64,000 bases of DNA from the NCBI GenBank assembly GCA_030390025.1, contig CM059432.1:123692001-123756000 (forward strand), read 5' to 3'. The notes beneath the pieces were generated by a model. The model was not told the DNA's origin. It saw only the letters and a program-made list of their open reading frames with translations, and ran no database searches. The position numbers were made by a program, and so were the translations under genes. Positions 61,274-64,000 of this stretch are shown here, piece by piece (position 1 is the first letter of the stretch; each line of letters opens with the position of its first letter). Source of the DNA: Squalus acanthias (lineage: Eukaryota).

Positions 61274-62067
61274 GGCCCGAAATTTGCAGTCAGCGGTGAA
61301 GCGAAGGCGTTCACCGTGGGCCCCGAAGTAAGCTTTGCACAAAGATCTCGCGATCTCTGTGTCGAGAAGTTTGGGTTTTCCGACGTGTAATTCAAATCAG
61401 CAGAGTATAGTGGGAATCCCACAGTGCGAGCTGCTGTGACATCCACAAGCTGTCTAAGCAGCCAATAAAAAACGCAGAATTCTCACAGAGAACGAACCAG
61501 GAAGTGGGTAAGCTCTTAAAATTCTAACTTTTTGAAAATGTTAGAGAGGGCAGAACAAAGATTGGGGCTCTCACATGGGGAAAAGGAAAGCCTGAAATAA
61601 AGACAAACAAACTTTAAATAAATTAATTAAAAAAAAAGTTTCTTAAACATTTTAATTTTTATTAAAATGGATAAATTTGGCGCTGCGCAAAACTAAAATG
61701 ATTTTTTCAGGCCCGTAACCTTTGTTTAGCAGTCAATACGCTGTTAAAACCCCAGTTATACCTAATCTCTTTGGGTCTAACTTTTAGTGGGGAATTTAAC
61801 AGCGTAATTACTGCGGAAGAGCCAAAGTTTTCGTCGGTTTCCCTGATTTGAGTGATTACACTGATTGCCGGCTCTGTGGGGGGGGCGAGGGGGGGGGGGC
61901 GGGTCCACAGTGCAGCCAATCTCAGAGCAGTGAATGACAGACCGCAACTTCAGGATTTCCGCGTTAGGCTGCACATGTGCTAAATCCTGAAGTTGCGGTC
62001 AGTTTCAAAGACGGAATGACGACGAACACTGCCAGTTCGCCATCATCAGGACCACAAATTCCGGGCC
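61274..62067. mobile_element. Harbinger-type MITE (family B-related)
   Basis: TIRs GGCCCGAAATTTGCAGTC / GACCACAAATTCCGGGCC, perfect TSD ATT. Confidence 0.88.
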
Positions 62068-62158
62068 ATTATCTTTCATAAGTATCATGAATGGTAAGGA
62101 ATGATTACCGGGCCACTGGGAAATTGCTTTGTCAATTTGCTTTGGTGTTGCACACAGA

Positions 62159-62344
62159 GGGAGCAATTTTAACGATTAGGGGTGGTATAAAACAAGCGAT
62201 ATTGAATCCGTTGATGGGTATACACCTCTCCCGATTTTAGTTTTCGTTGATTTCAATGGAAAGGGAAATCAGAGGGCGATATACAACAAGCAGCTGATCT
62301 GATATCGCCCATTTTACATTATCGACAGAAGTTAAAATTACCCC
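62159..62344. mobile_element. Short palindromic MITE
   Basis: Ends GGGAGCAATTTTAAC / GTTAAAATTACCCC. A related fragment lies at about 41295-41395. Confidence 0.55.
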
Positions 62345-63055
62345 TGGGAGTTAAGACAAATGTAGATTTGAGTGGCAAAAATGGTGGGGATTTTCCCTCA
62401 TTTCCTGTGGAAAAATTGTATCGGTACCCTGTTTCTGAGCCTGATTGTTAATTAATGCCCACCTCCCTTCCCAGGCCACTGAGCCACCTAGGTACCTAGA
62501 TGTGTATACAGTCCAGTAATCCGATAACCCACGGAAAGCCAGCAGTCAGACAGACATGCTGCTGGGTAGCAGGCTGTTGCTGTCTATAGCTTTGAAAATG
62601 TAGGAACCTTCTTGGTCATGTGATGAGAGCACTTGCCATCTCCTTTATAAATTTGACACTGGGGATCCATTAGTACTCGTAGAGTCTTTTCGTAATGCCT
62701 GTAAGAAGCCCGTAGCATCAAAGCTGATGCATTCACTTGCAGTGCTGTCTTTATCAGGAATGCTGAGTACAGATAAGTGTTCATCATGGGACAGACAGCA
62801 CTCTGGGAAGAACAGACTAATATACACATTTTTACACAGTCAAGGCCAAGTAGTTAGTTTCTGGTCTATTCTTTGCAAAGGATGCTCTTTCCTCCTTCAG
62901 CGTCCTATTCTCTTTTATCTGCTTTATTTTTCCTGATGCATTATTGACTAAAAGGAAAACATTAAAAACCACAGAGATCTTTGAACTCATGAACATCTTA
63001 AAAGTATTAACTTGATACCTAAATGTAAGCTATTTTAGTTATGGCTAAATACCAT

Positions 63056-64000
63056 GGCCTAGAAATTCGATATCAGTAAAAAGCTGCCGCTGCCGCTGCG
63101 GGCCGGTGTTAATGGCCTCTGAAAATGGTGGCGTTGGCAGGACCGGTAAATTGGCACTGGTAGCTAATTAACATTAGCCCAGCGCTAAACTCACTGTGCA
63201 AAGCTGTTCTGGTGGCGTTAGTCCCGGCAGGAGGCCCCAATGTAGCATGACCGTAGCATCATTGCAGCAAGAACAGCCTTCTCTTAAAGCAAGGCTGTCA
63301 TTTCAGAAAGCAGTTCAGTCAGGGAAGGGGCACCCAGGGTCTCGCACGCAACACTCCAGCTTTGTGCGGGGGGGTCAACACTGCAAGAAAGGTCCTCTAC
63401 CCACAGGGGCCAGGAGGCCCTCCAGAAAAAACGATGTGGGACCAGATCACCGAGGCAGTCACTGCCAGCAGTGTCGCAGCCCCACCACCTGGCTTCAGTG
63501 CCCAAAGAAGCTTCATGACCTCAGACCACTGGTCAAGGTTAGTGAATGCATCTTCAAAAGCCGTCTCCTACCAACTGAACCACTAACATCACAAACTTCT
63601 CAATACACGACCCTCCCCCGCCACAATTGCTCACCTACAAACAATCTGCATCAAACACAAGGCACACCTCCTATTCCTAGCTTCACCTCACCCCCTTGGA
63701 GGAGCTGGCCATTCTTGACAGGGGCATGGCTGAGCCCTTGGCCAGCGGCGGGGCTGAAAGGATACAAGATGCTGGTATCCTCATACGTTATTCTCCTTCT
63801 GGTATGTACCTCTTGCTTTCCCGTCCTCCCCTCACCATAACTCCACCTTTGTGCCTTCCTTATTTCACACACCCTAGAAATGCAGCCTGCCCAGCTAGTG
63901 GTTGACCAAGAAGAGGGAGAGGAGAGTGAAGAAGAAGAAGAAGAAGAAGAAGAAGAAGAAGAAGAAGGAGAAGAAGAAGAAGCAGAAGAAGAACAAACAC
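63056..64000 (+). mobile_element. Left part of another diverged Harbinger with decayed Myb/SANT gene, ending in a (GAA)n poly-Glu tract; runs off the window
   Basis: TIR-like GGCCTAGAAATTC, KVLYPQG...MWDQITEAV and TWLQCPKKLHDL followed by an AAG|GTTAGT donor, and a GAA repeat at about 63928-63992. Confidence 0.7.

Overview
Vertebrate non-coding, repeat-dense DNA, most likely from a cartilaginous fish. This is inferred from CR1/L2 LINE debris, HE1/V-SINE-like SINEs and Deu-domain SINEs. No rRNA, true tRNA, CRISPR array or recognisable host gene is present. The window is dominated by PIF/Harbinger DNA transposons: a nearly intact two-gene element (10421-14667; DDE transposase on +, 3-exon Myb/SANT partner on -), a decayed full-length copy (26111-31832), three internal-deletion derivatives and many MITEs with 3-bp TSDs. 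It also holds a 5'-truncated but open Penelope-like (Neptune-type) RT/GIY-YIG element, several minimal type I hammerhead ribozyme motifs, a 1.6-kb solo LTR and two C-rich minisatellites housed inside MITEs. The most striking observation is that two different Harbinger elements inserted independently at the same nucleotide of a hammerhead-bearing repeat, duplicating the predicted GUU cleavage triplet as their TSD. A phase-compatible chain of possible minus-strand host exons is noted at low confidence. All alignments were done by eye and family names are by resemblance, not database search.
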